Shown here: positions 35,446 through 43,485 of the stretch, piece after piece | How positions within the stretch are numbered: the stretch's first letter is position 1 | How the letters are laid out: every line of letters starts with the position of its first letter | IMG/VR virus record: IMGVR_UViG_3300036790_000128 | Coordinates: 1 to 62,294 of that record | Origin: a virus | Taxonomy: Duplodnaviria > Caudoviricetes | Direction: 5' to 3' (one strand) | Length of the DNA: 62,294 bases | The notes under the pieces: model-generated | Database searches by the model: none | Told to the model about the DNA's origin: nothing | The model's input: only the letters and a program-made list of their open reading frames with translations | Translations under genes and position numbers: made by a program

Positions 35446-36192
35446 TCATGCGCGCCTGCGATGTTTCTTCGGCCTCATTCCCTCCCCCGCCTTATAGAAC
35501 CAATTTCCGCGCCCTTCAATCCGTCGTTCGGGGAGAATGTCGGCGCCACTTACGCCATTGAAATCTGCATTGTAGGTCGTCCAATCGTCGCTTCCATAAT
35601 CGCACCAAATCCATCGTCTGTCCTTGCTGGTCGCTTGGTGGTGCGGCTTATGAAGGTGTGGGCCTGTCTTATGCTTAGAGGAATCTATGGTGAAATGGTT
35701 AGGTTGTTCAATGCCTATTTCCCGTGTGAATCCAGGTAGTTCGGGCGCGGATGAACTGTCAACCTGTCTTAAGCTCTGTCCTACGGCAGATGCCGACATT
35801 TTTTGGAATTTGTCGTAATTACAAACGGTTAGGATGGTGGCGGCGTAGGATTTACGTGCCTCAGAACTTGTCTGAATCTTTGTCTTAGCCGCCGCAGATT
35901 CGATCATCCCTTCTTCTTTGAGGCGCCGCAGAAAGTATTCGACGCTGCCTCGGGACCAGTTCCAGGTGGATGCCAACCCACGGATCGTGATTGCGATCTG
36001 GCCGCGTTTGATGGCGGCTATTCCGCGTGACATGCGCTTCCCTTGCGGTCTCCATGCGGCGTTGGTAAAGAGCCATTCCCAGGCTTCTCGCCACGAATAA
36101 GGTCGATTGCGCTGGCCGTTGAACAGGTAATGCTCGAAGATCGAACGAGCCAGGGCAACATACGCTGGAACGCGGGGCCTTGCGCTGCTCAT
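35446..36192 (-). CDS. Replication initiator-like HTH protein
   Basis: REAWEWL...KRGQIAITIRGLASTWNWS...FLRRL..EGMI...TILTVCNYDKFQ. Confidence 0.75.
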   Translation of the reverse strand: MSSARPRVPAYVALARSIFEHYLFNGQRNRPYSWREAWEWLFTNAAWRPQGKRMSRGIAAIKRGQIAITIRGLASTWNWSRGSVEYFLRRLKEEGMIESAAAKTKIQTSSEARKSYAATILTVCNYDKFQKMSASAVGQSLRQVDSSSAPELPGFTREIGIEQPNHFTIDSSKHKTGPHLHKPHHQATSKDRRWIWCDYGSDDWTTYNADFNGVSGADILPERRIEGRGNWFYKAGEGMRPKKHRRRA

Positions 36193-36590
36193 GCGTATTG
36201 CTCGACGATGCCGATGTGCTTGGCCATGCCGAATAGCCGACCAACCACGCGACGGGGCAATGGTCCGTCATTGTATTTTTCATGTATCGTTTTCAGCCAC
36301 ATCTCGTCATCCTCATTGCCAAGATCGAGTCGGCTCGCATAAACCGAGTCCCGTAGATACTGCGCGCTAAATCCCCGGAATGTCTTGATATGCTCGTAAT
36401 CGTCACGAATTTGTAGAAGCTTTTCGCCCTGCTTGCTCGTTAGTTCTTTCCAATCGAGCCGCAAACGGTCCGCGAGAAAATCACTTTCCCACTCGGAAAG
36501 ATCATTGTGCGTCACCAAAGCCAGGACCAATGATCGCCACATCTTTGGATTCTTCCGCACGCGCTCGATCTCACGCCAGTCTGCGCTCAT
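36189..36590 (-). CDS. Hypothetical protein
   Basis: LSEWESDFL...LTSKQ..KL..I motif. Confidence 0.6.
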   Translation of the reverse strand: MSADWREIERVRKNPKMWRSLVLALVTHNDLSEWESDFLADRLRLDWKELTSKQGEKLLQIRDDYEHIKTFRGFSAQYLRDSVYASRLDLGNEDDEMWLKTIHEKYNDGPLPRRVVGRLFGMAKHIGIVEQYA

Positions 36591-36601
36591 AATGTTTGCC
36601 C

Positions 36602-36928
36602 CTATCGCCTGCTCACAAATCCATATCCCTGTCCTGCACTATCGAACCCATTGTCAGCGCAGAACTGTGCGCTCGATCCTATCATCGAATGCTTTGATTC
36701 CGATCCGTAATGCGTCGGCACCATTGGCGAATCATCCACAATAATGCCGATCGGTGTTGAAATCTCCGTGCCGTTTCGTCGTGCCTGGATGAGGGCTTCG
36801 CAGAAGGCAATGTCCATGCGGATGATCTCGCCGCGTGACCAGTAGGAGTATGGGCTTGGATAGCCTTCGTCGTCTGTTGTGAGAATGGCGCGTTGGTAGG
36901 AAAGGTCGCGTCGGCGTGGTTTTGACAT
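36602..36928 (-). CDS. Hypothetical protein
   Basis: 108 aa, RBS GGGAG. Confidence 0.55.
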   Translation of the reverse strand: MSKPRRRDLSYQRAILTTDDEGYPSPYSYWSRGEIIRMDIAFCEALIQARRNGTEISTPIGIIVDDSPMVPTHYGSESKHSMIGSSAQFCADNGFDSAGQGYGFVSRR

Positions 36929-36957
36929 TTGGTTGCTCCCTGTTTGTTTGGTTGGGT

Positions 36958-38004
36958 TTAGGTTTGTTTCACGATGGGGCCTTCGTGGGATGGGCGCCGG
37001 ACTCGGTCAACCGAGGCTGCGGCGATGAATTCTGCGGCGACTTGCGGGACGATCGCATTGCCGTAGGCGCGCAAGCGTCCCACTCTGCCGGGTATCCCAT
37101 GAGCCAGCGGGAATGTGCCGGGTTCAACTGGCCGCGCTTTTCCATCTGTGCAGGGGAGCCATTCGCTAGCCTGCCAATGGCCTCCAATCCTTTCGCTGAT
37201 TGATGCTTCGGATTCGTACTCGCTCCGCGAGGGCCGTGCGGTCCGCTCATTGTGTCCGGTGTCGGCCATCCCGCCAGGAGCGCAAAGTCCTGTAGGTTCG
37301 ATCCGTGGCGTGTCTCGCCCGCTGCCCGCTTCGCTTGACCACCCCTGTCGCTGTCGTGAACTGTCGGAGTCGGCCAGGTCGCCAGTTGCGCTGCGTGAGA
37401 TAAATGCGTCGCTGGCGTCGCGCCCATCTTCGAGCCGTTCGCGATTGCTTTCAGCTTGCGAGCGTGTGCCATTTCGGGGGTGCCACCCGGCTCGTTCGCC
37501 GCTGGCGTCGGCCACGAACCAAAGTCGGTTTCTGATATGCGGCGCGCCGACGCCGCAAGCTGGCAATACGGACGCCCCGCAGGCGTAGCCCGCTGCTTCC
37601 AGGTCAGAGAAAACAGCGTCGAGCCAACCCCATCCAATTGCCGCTTCAACCTGCTCTCCAAAGACGATTGGAGGGCGGCGCTCGGCGATGAGAGGAAACC
37701 ACGCAGGCCACAAGTGGCGTTTGTCATCGGCCGCCTTGCCCGCTCCGGCTGCGGAGAAGGGTTGGCAGGGACAAGAGCCTGTCCAAACAGATCGGTTGTC
37801 GGTCCATCCGACGAGTCTGAGGGCAAGCGACCATCCTCCGATTCCTGCAAAAAAGTGACATTGGCTGTAGCCGATGAGATCGTCCGGCTTCACATCAACG
37901 ATGCTTCGTTCGTCAACATCCCCCGGCGCGATATGGCCCGCAGCAATGAGGTTGCGCAGCCACTGGGCGGCATAGGGATCAATCTCGTTGTAATAGGCCG
38001 CCAC
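36958..38004 (-). CDS. DNA cytosine-C5 methyltransferase, alpha chain
   Basis: FFAGIGGW, GSCPCQPFS, EQV, GAPHIRNRLW and LRAYGNAIVP motifs. Confidence 0.92.
   Translation of the reverse strand: MAAYYNEIDPYAAQWLRNLIAAGHIAPGDVDERSIVDVKPDDLIGYSQCHFFAGIGGWSLALRLVGWTDNRSVWTGSCPCQPFSAAGAGKAADDKRHLWPAWFPLIAERRPPIVFGEQVEAAIGWGWLDAVFSDLEAAGYACGASVLPACGVGAPHIRNRLWFVADASGERAGWHPRNGTRSQAESNRERLEDGRDASDAFISRSATGDLADSDSSRQRQGWSSEAGSGRDTPRIEPTGLCAPGGMADTGHNERTARPSRSEYESEASISERIGGHWQASEWLPCTDGKARPVEPGTFPLAHGIPGRVGRLRAYGNAIVPQVAAEFIAAASVDRVRRPSHEGPIVKQT
36963..37011 (-). repeat. 49-bp dispersed repeat R7
   Basis: Reverse complement GTTGACCGAGTCCGG-CGCCCA-TCCCACGAAGGCCCCATCGTGAAACAAA. Confidence 0.92.
36969..37850 (-). 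CDS. Alternative-frame beta chain of the C5 methyltransferase (start uncertain)
   Basis: Nested ORF with three WPTP repeats and GQLNPAHSRWLMGYP (motif IX-like). Confidence 0.7.
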   Translation of the reverse strand: MQESEDGRLPSDSSDGPTTDLFGQALVPANPSPQPERARRPMTNATCGLRGFLSSPSAALQSSLESRLKRQLDGVGSTLFSLTWKQRATPAGRPYCQLAASARRISETDFGSWPTPAANEPGGTPEMAHARKLKAIANGSKMGATPATHLSHAAQLATWPTPTVHDSDRGGQAKRAAGETRHGSNLQDFALLAGWPTPDTMSGPHGPRGASTNPKHQSAKGLEAIGRLANGSPAQMEKRGQLNPAHSRWLMGYPAEWDACAPTAMRSSRKSPQNSSPQPRLTESGAHPTKAPS

Positions 38005-38025
38005 GTCCTAGAATCCCCAACCTGC

Positions 38026-38075
38026 GTTGACTGAGTCCGGTCCCTCAGTTCGCGTTGTCCTGATGTTACGCGCAA
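38026..38075 (+). repeat. Dispersed repeat R8 (subtype 2)
   Basis: GTTGACTGAGTCCGG-TCCCTC-AGTTCGCGTTGTCCTGATGTTACGCGCAA; middle shared with R14. Confidence 0.75.
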
Positions 38076-38397
38076 TGAAGGTTCTTGTTTGCGACGCTCG
38101 GCCTCAGAGATCATTGCAATTCCTTTATGACTGTCCGCGCATGAGCGCGATGATCCTCAAACGAGCGCGCTGCCAAAATGACGGAGTGGGCATCGCGCTA
38201 AGTTGCCGTTGGTATCTTTCCGCCATCGCTATCGCTTCGATCTGCGCAGCCTGATCTTCTGCCGACGTGCAACGGGTACAGCAAATCATGGTTACGCCGC
38301 CTCCGATCATCATTGGCGCTTTTGGCGCTCCGCACCTGTGGCAATTTCCGTAAAGCGATGACGGTTGAAACTGTTGAGCCTGCATTGCTTGCTCCCA

Positions 38398-38793
38398 TTA
38401 ACCGCGCATGAGCGCGGCATCCGTTTCCCAAGTGCCCTTTTTCCCGAAATATCGAGACGGCTTTGGTTCTCCCAAAAAATACCGACCGATTGCCATCACA
38501 ACTAAATTCTCGATATGATACGTGGTCAAGTATTTGTCCTTCGGACTGATCGTCAATTTCGCGACCGTATTAGGAAGTCCAATCATTTGCCCCTTTGAGG
38601 GGTGATCGGAAACCCGCAGCAAGTATGGAGCGCGCGCCGGATGAATGTAATACGTGCTGGCGCTGCTTTGCGAAGCTTGGTGCAGTAGAAATCCCGCCTT
38701 CTTCAAAAGCAACGTCGCGTGGTCACGAGCGGCGATATAGTCGAGACGTGGCACAAGCTCTCCATTGCGATGCCGAAGCCGGACCATTTCCAT
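38398..38793 (-). CDS. Hypothetical protein
   Basis: 131 aa, STYY...LRVSDH motif. Confidence 0.6.
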   Translation of the reverse strand: MEMVRLRHRNGELVPRLDYIAARDHATLLLKKAGFLLHQASQSSASTYYIHPARAPYLLRVSDHPSKGQMIGLPNTVAKLTISPKDKYLTTYHIENLVVMAIGRYFLGEPKPSRYFGKKGTWETDAALMRG

Positions 38794-38808
38794 GGCGTTA
38801 ACCTGATG

Positions 38809-39144
38809 TCAGAACCGAAGGCTGTTGCGATACGGACATTCCCAGTCGCATTCTTCGCTGCCGGCCTTGGTGCAAGAGTGTGACAGCTTGCCCTCTAACC
38901 ATCGACCACATTCCTCGCCAGGTTCGGGGCCGTCCTCCTCGTCGTACTCATCGTATTGTTCTATCTCGGCGTCGATCCGCTCCTGTGACCATCCGTTGTC
39001 GTTTACCGCAGGCGGGATGGGCGGTGCTGGCGCATCGCATTGATTGAACATTCCTAGCGCTTCGGCCTCGGCGTCGGTCATAAGGCATCGCCGACACATC
39101 ATCGCGCCGTGGCCTAGCCTGGATTCGGTCCAATCGTGCAGCAT
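38809..39144 (-). CDS. Small acidic Cys-rich protein
   Basis: CTKAGSEECDWECP motif. Confidence 0.6.
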   Translation of the reverse strand: MLHDWTESRLGHGAMMCRRCLMTDAEAEALGMFNQCDAPAPPIPPAVNDNGWSQERIDAEIEQYDEYDEEDGPEPGEECGRWLEGKLSHSCTKAGSEECDWECPYRNSLRF

Positions 39145-39161
39145 TTCTCACTATCTCGACA

Positions 39162-39187
39162 TCACGCAGATATCGCGTGACACAAAA
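39162..39187 (+). repeat. Partial dispersed repeat R9
   Basis: TCACGC-AGATATC-GCGTGACACAAAA: outer half only, hairpin retained. Confidence 0.55.
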
Positions 39188-39701
39188 CCTACTTCCGCGC
39201 TTTCTCATTCAACATCGCAAGCAACAACATTTCTGCTGCTGTACCAACATCAACATCCCATTCTGCTGCGAATCTCAAGAGCCGTCCATAGCTCTTGCGT
39301 GGAATGCGCAAGGGAGGCAATGCGATCTCGTGATGTTCGCCAAGATCGACGCTCATCTGCGGCCGTGGGATGATGGGGAAGGCGATGACGTTGGAGGCGG
39401 TCATGGAGTCGAAATTCCCCTTATCGGATTTGTCGTGGCCTGGTTACGAGAGTGAGGGCGACGCGAGCATGAATGTGCGCCTCATCCATGTCTTTGACAA
39501 AAGCATCGATGTTTCTGCCGCCTTCTTTCGTTAATTGAATTACCGCTCGCAAATGCGCCGTCAGCTCGTTGACGTGGTCTGGCAATGAGGATTCCGGCAC
39601 ATAGGCAAAGCCGTTGATGGTGATGCGTGCCGCTGGCGCCTCACCGCGCATAAACTCCAGAGCATCTTTTGCACCTTCGATGATTTTGTTCATGGGTTTT
39701 C

Positions 39702-40091
39702 TCACGGCGTTATCAACGCAAAAGGTCGCCGCGCCATCTGCAGGGAATGAGGATCACAGTCCCATATCTCGCGGCAGCGTTCTTGAAAGAACTTGATTTC
39801 TTCCGCGATGCCGCTCGAACTTTCCCAACCTTCCATATGCGCCACAATCAGCGTGTGGCAGACGAGCAGCATCGATCGGTCAAAATCATACCAGAACCGC
39901 TGGTCGAGCGGGTCGATCTTGCCATGCAGAGCGATGCCGTGCGTATGGGCTATCGGTGAATAGATCGAGATCCCGGCGCTAATGAGTTTTGCCGAGAGAA
40001 TACAAGCGTCTCGGTAGGCGGCGTCGATGCCTTGCGGATAACGGGTGTAGGGAGTTGCGAGGTAACAAACCCCATGAGGACTATCGGTCAT
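39702..40091 (-). CDS. DUF1937 / nucleoside deoxyribosyltransferase-like protein
   Basis: YLATPYT, YSPIAHTH, GWESSSGIAEEI. Confidence 0.75.
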   Translation of the reverse strand: MTDSPHGVCYLATPYTRYPQGIDAAYRDACILSAKLISAGISIYSPIAHTHGIALHGKIDPLDQRFWYDFDRSMLLVCHTLIVAHMEGWESSSGIAEEIKFFQERCREIWDCDPHSLQMARRPFALITP

Positions 40092-40290
40092 TCTGCGGCT
40101 TCCATTTCTCGTCGCTTTATCCAACTCGCACACATATCCCTAAAATCAGCCGCAGCCTTTGCGGAAGTGAATCCGGGCGCGGTCTTTACTTTTGTGTCCC
40201 AGTAGTCACGCTCGGCACGGAGTTGTGCCAGCGTTTGGCGCTCACACGGAATGTTTGGAGTTACGGCGAGCGATTCGGGGATGTCATCTG

Positions 40291-41436
40291 TCATTCTGCG
40301 GCTTCCGTTTGTTGAGTCTCGTTACCCCAAGCTGACCACCCATCCCGCGCAGGTCCACGGCGGTTGAGTTCGATCTTGGGGACAGACGGCCATTCCCGCT
40401 CGATCAGCGGCGCAATCGTCTCAGGTTTAGCTGAGTGTGGGCCAACCGCCGCGCTGAATACCGAACCGCACATCGCCGTAGCCGGCGCGACAAAGCGGCC
40501 CTTCGTTCCGATCAATACCAATTCGTGCTCCCCCGTCACCCAGTACCCGGCGCCGCGCCCTTTACCCGGACGAATCTTGTTCCAGATCAGGTGCGTCTTG
40601 TATGTAAAGCCCCACGCCTCCATGACGGTCAGGGCATCAGGCAGCATTGGCGCTGTCGCCCAAAGGAACAGCGCACAATCGTCAGCCGCGATGCTAGGCA
40701 CGTCACGCGCCGCGATGATGTCGGTCGCCGATGTCGGATAGTGATTATCGGCCGCTCGATTCATCCCGCTCTCGCGTGAATAGGGTTCGAAGCGCCACTC
40801 TGGATCCGCTAGAATAATGCCGAATTTCTGCTGCGGCAGTGCAAGGATTTCCGCGCCAAGTTGCCGTTCCCGCCGCTCCCGCCGCTCGCGCTTCGCGACG
40901 GTCGTTATGTCCTTGCGCTCCATGTCAGGCCGGATCAGCCCCTCGTCGATGCCGGTCTGGAACTGGTCGTCATCGAGCCGCGTTAGTTCGTAGAGCGTTG
41001 TCCAGGATTGCGGCAAATGCGACGCATGAGTCGTATTTGCGAGGCGCGCATCGGACGCTATCGCCATGATCCGCTGCGCCGTGCGCGGCTGGAATAGCAG
41101 GCCGCTTTCGCACATCGCCACCCATTCGCCATGCGGCAGCGACTCCTTGGCGGCGATTAGAAGCCTGCCGGCCTCGAAAATTGATTCGTGGCTCTTGCGC
41201 CAAGCCGCGTTGATTAGCACCGCCCAGGTGCTTGCTGGCGCATTCTTCGGCGGGTCTGGCACGATCAACTCGGCTGCGGTTGATGGCAGTTTTGCTGCTT
41301 CCCGCGCCTTGATTGCCTCGATTTCCTTGCGCGCCGCGTGCGGCGAGATGCCGAGTTCTCGCGCGATCTGGCGATAGCCTTTGCCTTGGCCGTCCGCGTG
41401 GAGGGTGGCAATCTGGCTTTGTAAGGTTTGTGTCAC
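40291..41436 (-). CDS. MT-A70 family methyltransferase fused to a DUF3102-like domain
   Basis: IILADPEW, HYPT, CALFLWAT, WGFTYKT, HSAKP; N-terminal AGRLLIAAKESLPHGEW. Confidence 0.88.
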   Translation of the reverse strand: MTQTLQSQIATLHADGQGKGYRQIARELGISPHAARKEIEAIKAREAAKLPSTAAELIVPDPPKNAPASTWAVLINAAWRKSHESIFEAGRLLIAAKESLPHGEWVAMCESGLLFQPRTAQRIMAIASDARLANTTHASHLPQSWTTLYELTRLDDDQFQTGIDEGLIRPDMERKDITTVAKRERRERRERQLGAEILALPQQKFGIILADPEWRFEPYSRESGMNRAADNHYPTSATDIIAARDVPSIAADDCALFLWATAPMLPDALTVMEAWGFTYKTHLIWNKIRPGKGRGAGYWVTGEHELVLIGTKGRFVAPATAMCGSVFSAAVGPHSAKPETIAPLIEREWPSVPKIELNRRGPARDGWSAWGNETQQTEAAE

Positions 41437-41475
41437 GATGGTTTGTTCCCAGCGGGTGGACCGGACTCGGTCAAC
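41427..41475 (-). repeat. Dispersed repeat R10 (variant middle)
   Basis: Reverse complement GTTGACCGAGTCCGG-TCCACC-CGCTGGGAACAAACCATCGTGACACAAA. Confidence 0.85.
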
Positions 41476-41481
41476 GGTCGG

Positions 41482-41592
41482 CTACAAGGCGACATGCACT
41501 GGCGCGCCGACGCTAAATCCTGCCGCCACGCACCACGCGGCGGCGAAGCCGTCATCACAGGCGCCGTGATAAATGCAAAGCGGTCTTATCAT
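41482..41592 (-). pseudogene. Truncated DHH-phosphoesterase N-terminal fragment
   Basis: My translation: MIRPLCIYHGACDDGFAAAWCVAAGFSVGAPVHVAL*. Confidence 0.65.
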
Positions 41593-41612
41593 CCTATTTG
41601 CTCCCAACCGTG

Positions 41613-41657
41613 GTTGACCGAGTCCGGCGTGAATCCCGCGAAGGCCATCGCGTGACC
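41613..41657 (+). repeat. Dispersed repeat R11
   Basis: GTTGACCGAGTCCGG-CGTGAA-TCCCGCGAAGGCCATCGCGTGAC. Confidence 0.85.
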
Positions 41658-41658
41658 C

Positions 41659-41955
41659 TCACAACAGCCCTTTGTCCTTGGCCAGCCATTCGGGCAGCGT
41701 CACGACAGCGACGCCGTGCCCCTTGTCCTCGTATTCGATTTGCGATTTAGGCAGCCAAATCCAGCCTAAGCGCGGCTTCGTGTAATCCGTGACCTGGATG
41801 GCCTTTTGCGTTTGAGCCCGCATTGGCAGCGTCAGGTCGATCAGATCGGATGCACCTGTGACCTTCGGGCCACGTCCAGGCCTGTGCTGCTGCTCATCTT
41901 CGCCGAAGCGCCCGCGCTCGGGAGACCTGAACATATCGTAGGTGTCGCGGGTCAT
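41659..41955 (-). CDS. Hypothetical protein
   Basis: WLPKSQIE...VTLPEWLAKDKGL motif. Confidence 0.65.
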   Translation of the reverse strand: MTRDTYDMFRSPERGRFGEDEQQHRPGRGPKVTGASDLIDLTLPMRAQTQKAIQVTDYTKPRLGWIWLPKSQIEYEDKGHGVAVVTLPEWLAKDKGLL

Positions 41956-42467
41956 GTCGTCACCATTGTTTCACGTGAAACATCTGCCGGCGAAGGATAG
42001 GGAACCGACATTCCCTTGTTTTTTGAGACCGGCCGGATAACCCATGAAAATGCGTGCAATTGCATGTACTTAGCAGACTTTATCATAACCGAAACCGATG
42101 TCGGATTGCCATATTCGATCCGCCGCACAGTCGCCGGCTTGAGCCCCATCGCCACCCCGGCTTCCTCGTAATCGTGGCCCCGCAGTCCGCGCTTGATCCG
42201 AAACGCCATGGCGAACGCCAGCGCATTGAAATCCCCCGGTTCGACCATCGGATGAGGAAGATCGGGGCATGGATCGAAGCCGATCGCGGCGCATATCCGA
42301 AGGTAGGAGCCGACCTGGACCTGCTTTCCGGTCATCGCCTTGCGGAGTTCGTTAAGGGTTATTCTGGCCTTGGCGCAGTAGCCGGAGGCCAGATGGGCGC
42401 CGATGCGGTTGAGTTCGACTGCCAGGCGTTCGCTGGGGCTGGCGTTGGGGCGGCGGGCGCGGGTCAT
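41952..42467 (-). CDS. HTH (XRE-like) protein
   Basis: YEEAGVAMGLKPATVRRIEYG. Confidence 0.6.
   Translation of the reverse strand: MTRARRPNASPSERLAVELNRIGAHLASGYCAKARITLNELRKAMTGKQVQVGSYLRICAAIGFDPCPDLPHPMVEPGDFNALAFAMAFRIKRGLRGHDYEEAGVAMGLKPATVRRIEYGNPTSVSVMIKSAKYMQLHAFSWVIRPVSKNKGMSVPYPSPADVSRETMVTT
41967..41982. promoter_or_regulatory. parS site (perfect consensus)
   Basis: TGTTTCACGTGAAACA, the canonical 16-bp parS palindrome. Confidence 0.8.
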
Positions 42468-42698
42468 GATCCCATGTCTCTGAGCGTGCCGGGCGCGATC
42501 CAGAATGAATACGATGGCCATTTAGGACCGCCGTAATATACGGCACAGGCCCACTTGCATCGCTTAAAGCGAACCCGAACCACAGTGACCCATCCGCTCA
42601 TTTTGACCTCCGCTTCATCTCCGGCGGCGTCAGCGCGACGACGATCAGCACCGATATGAGCAGCCAGATGGCGAGGATCAGGACCGGGGTGGGGATGG

Positions 42699-42917
42699 TC
42701 ATTCTGCGGCCTCCATCTTCGGAGGGTAAATATCGGGGCGCAGCTCAGACCGAGGAACGCCAGATAATTCCGCAACGGCGATCACCCGTTCGGCAGGGCA
42801 CCGCGTCCACTGACTGATCGCCTGCGATGTTAGGCCACCGAGGCGCCGCGCCAGTTTGGCGGGTCCGCCGGCTTGGCGGACGGCGAGCTTGATGATCGGC
42901 TCTTTTGGCTTTGTCAT
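42699..42917 (-). CDS. Cro/YdaS-like transcriptional regulator
   Basis: AGGPAKLARRLGGLTSQAISQW...PAERV...SELRPDIY. Confidence 0.9.
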   Translation of the reverse strand: MTKPKEPIIKLAVRQAGGPAKLARRLGGLTSQAISQWTRCPAERVIAVAELSGVPRSELRPDIYPPKMEAAE

Positions 42918-42928
42918 AACTGGACACC

Positions 42929-43038
42929 GTAAGCTAGACTTGCATTGATCGCAAGGGCGGATTACAATGTAAGCTATGCTTTCGGCGCGGAGAGGGTATG
43001 CAAAATGAAAGGTTGGCTTTCGCGTAAGGCTGGCTTAC
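42929..43038. promoter_or_regulatory. Five 15-bp operator-like pseudo-palindromes in the divergent intergenic region
   Basis: GTAAGCTAGACTTGC 42929, GCAAGGGCGGATTAC 42951, GTAAGCTATGCTTTC 42969, GAAAGGTTGGCTTTC 43007, GTAAGGCTGGCTTAC 43024. Confidence 0.8.
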
Positions 43039-43069
43039 AACTAATGTCATCGAACGAAGGGGAACGCAA

Positions 43070-43450
43070 ATGAACCGCAAGACAGTCACCATCGTAACGC
43101 TGGATTGTCCGCAACCTCGCGATTTTCATCTTGAAGAAAGCCGAGCTGAACGGTTTGCAGCGCGCGTCCGCGCCGAAGGTGGCACGGCTGACGTTGGCCC
43201 TTTCAAGGTGTCCGCCGAACAGCGTGCCGTACTTTCACAAGCTGGAGTGGCCGTCCGCAAGCCAATCGAGTTGCCTTGGGCCGTTCCAAAAAAGGAAGGC
43301 TTCAAGGGCGAGGCATCCGGTCTGTATTTCCACTTTTACCGCACGCATGACGAAGCGAAGCAGTGCGAGCGCGCCCTCAAGAAAGAGGGCAAGTGGATCG
43401 GCCCGACGCGCTTTCTCCCCGGCGAAGCCTTCCATGCTGGTTACATCTGA
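43070..43450 (+). CDS. Early hypothetical protein
   Basis: First ORF of the plus-strand block, RBS GAAGGGG. Confidence 0.6.
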   Translation: MNRKTVTIVTLDCPQPRDFHLEESRAERFAARVRAEGGTADVGPFKVSAEQRAVLSQAGVAVRKPIELPWAVPKKEGFKGEASGLYFHFYRTHDEAKQCERALKKEGKWIGPTRFLPGEAFHAGYI

Positions 43451-43485
43451 ACCAATCAACCGAACGGTTTCGTAAGGAGACGACG

